The position numbers and the translations under genes were made by a program. From the NCBI GenBank assembly GCA_034780895.1, contig JAUZTB010000064.1:75155143-75219142 (forward strand): a DNA stretch of 64,000 nucleotides, given 5' to 3'. The stretch comes from Rhynchobatus australiae (taxonomy: Eukaryota). The notes under the pieces were generated by a model. That model saw only the letters and a list, made by a program, of their open reading frames with translations, was not told the DNA's origin and searched no databases. Position 1 is the first letter of the stretch. Every line of letters begins with the position of its first letter. Below, one piece after another: positions 62,646 to 64,000 of the stretch.

Positions 62646-63099
62646 AATTGTGTCCAATCCCATATCCACATAGTCAATTAAAAAAAAATACAACTTATGA
62701 TTTTATTATTGAAGAAATAATGTTCCTTTTTCAGGGCTCTTACCCAGAACAGCTGAACTCAGTGGCAAAGCAAGAATACTACTGTGGCTACTTCAGAACA
62801 AGAGAATCCCACAAGGACAAGCTGAGGAAGAGCTCCAGAACTGCAGCAATTCACTCAACACATGGCTTTTCCAGGAGCAGAACCTTTCCTGTCACAGCCT
62901 CCTTCCTTCTGGCCACTGGCAATAGGTGCTCAGTGCAGTCAAAGGTTAGTAATGTGACCTGTATCTCTTGTACAACTGCTTTTGCAGTTGCTTCTCACTG
63001 TAACAAGTGTTGTGCATGTTAAGGGGACACAGGCCGGCAGCTCTATTCAAGTAGTTGCTTGATTTCATTGCTATTTTTCTTATCCCCTCATATTTCCTA

Positions 63100-63270
63100 T
63101 TCTCTCCTCTTGAAGGCATTGATTCCCTGATCCAAAGGCATTGAGACCCCTCAAGACCCTTCCCAGAGTCTCTATTATTAGGGAGTGAGATGAACTTGGA
63201 GGAGGGAGGAAGACAGTGATGACCCTTCATGGTATTCAGATCCTACCCTTGCTCAATGTCCACGACCAGA
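63100..63270 (-). mobile_element. Old dispersed SINE-like repeat (unnamed family)
   Basis: cagatcctacccttgctcaatgtccac is similar to the reverse complement of 16746-16772. Confidence 0.35.
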
Positions 63271-63313
63271 GTACAGAATAATATCGAGTGTTGGAATATC
63301 AAGGTTTTTCACT

Positions 63314-64000
63314 GGTCCATCACGAGTAGAACCCTCCCCACCATCGATAGCATGGCACGGTAGTGTAGCGGTTAGCATAACGCTATTACAGCGCTAGCGA
63401 TCCGGGTTCAATTCCAGCCACTGTCTGTAAGGAGTTTGTAGGTTCTCCCGTGACTGTGTAGGTTTCCTTCAAGTGCTGTGGTTTCCTCCCACATCCCCTA
63501 GAAGCACAGGTTAGGAAGTTGTGGGCATTCTATGTTGGCGCCTGAAGCGTTGGCAACACTTGTGGGCTGCCCCCAGAACACTCTGTGCAAAAGATGCATT
63601 TTACTGTGTGTTTTGACATACGTATGACTGATAAAGAAATCTCATCATCTCATCTCCAGGAGACACTGACTCAAGAAGGTGGCAACTATTATCAAGGATG
63701 CCCACCATCTGGATCATGCCCTCTTCTCACTACTACCCTCAGGCAGGAGGTACAGAAGCCTGAAGTTCCACACCACCAGGTTCAGGAACAGCTACTTTCC
63801 TACATCCATCAAGTTCTTGAACTGACCTGCACAACCCTAACCTTAGCACAGGAATGGAACACTATGGACCACCTCTTGCACTACTATCAACTTGTCTTCG
63901 ATTATGTCTGTTTTGTTTGCATTTTCTTGCTTTTGCACAGTCTTTTTCCCCCATGTATTTTTTCATTGTACTTGTACCTCAGCGTAATTATGCACATAAC
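63314..64000 (+). mobile_element. Rex1/Babar LINE 3' fragment interrupted by a SINE
   Basis: SITSRTLPTIDS before the SINE, then KKVATIIKDAHHLDHALFSLLPSGRRYRSLKFHTTRFRNSYFPTSIKFLN after it. Confidence 0.85.
63354..63650 (+). mobile_element. tRNA-derived V-SINE with Rex-like tail, full length
   Basis: A-box-like tagtgtagcgg, B-box-like ggttcaattcc, V-core gagtttgtaggttctcccgtgac, tail tgactgataaagaaatctcatc. Confidence 0.9.

Noticed and set aside
63354-63425. tRNA-like sequence
   Set aside because: It is the head of a SINE, continuous with the V-core and tail, not a tRNA gene
1-64000. CRISPR arrays, prokaryotic operons or viral genes
   Set aside because: None seen; sequence is vertebrate non-coding DNA dominated by retroelement relics

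Overview
AT-rich, CpG-poor, gappy vertebrate genomic DNA. The repeat content (HE1-like V-SINEs, Deu-domain SINEs, CR1, L2, RTE, Rex1/Babar and Tx1 LINE fragments, Penelope-like elements) points to a cartilaginous fish, probably a ray or shark. This assignment is inferred from remembered repeat families, not from a database search. No host protein-coding gene, tRNA, rRNA or known miRNA was recognised. Every ORF-track entry with a recognisable product is a broken retroelement reverse transcriptase or endonuclease remnant. The window looks like a large intron or gene desert with several enhancer-like unique segments. Main points of interest: (1) a Penelope-derived repeat family whose ends carry a minimal hammerhead-ribozyme-like motif with a non-canonical core, arranged as inverted pairs and tandems, with one copy still attached to GIY-YIG coding remnants; (2) a ~2-kb composite Rex-bounded insertion that splits a CR1 tail (possible 3' transduction); (3) an intron-shaped ~108-bp direct repeat bracketing a CpG-retaining segment; (4) several SINE/LINE tail-sharing pairs, hairpins, Pbx/Meis motif clusters and unassigned exon-like segments. 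Repeat boundaries were read by eye and are approximate.
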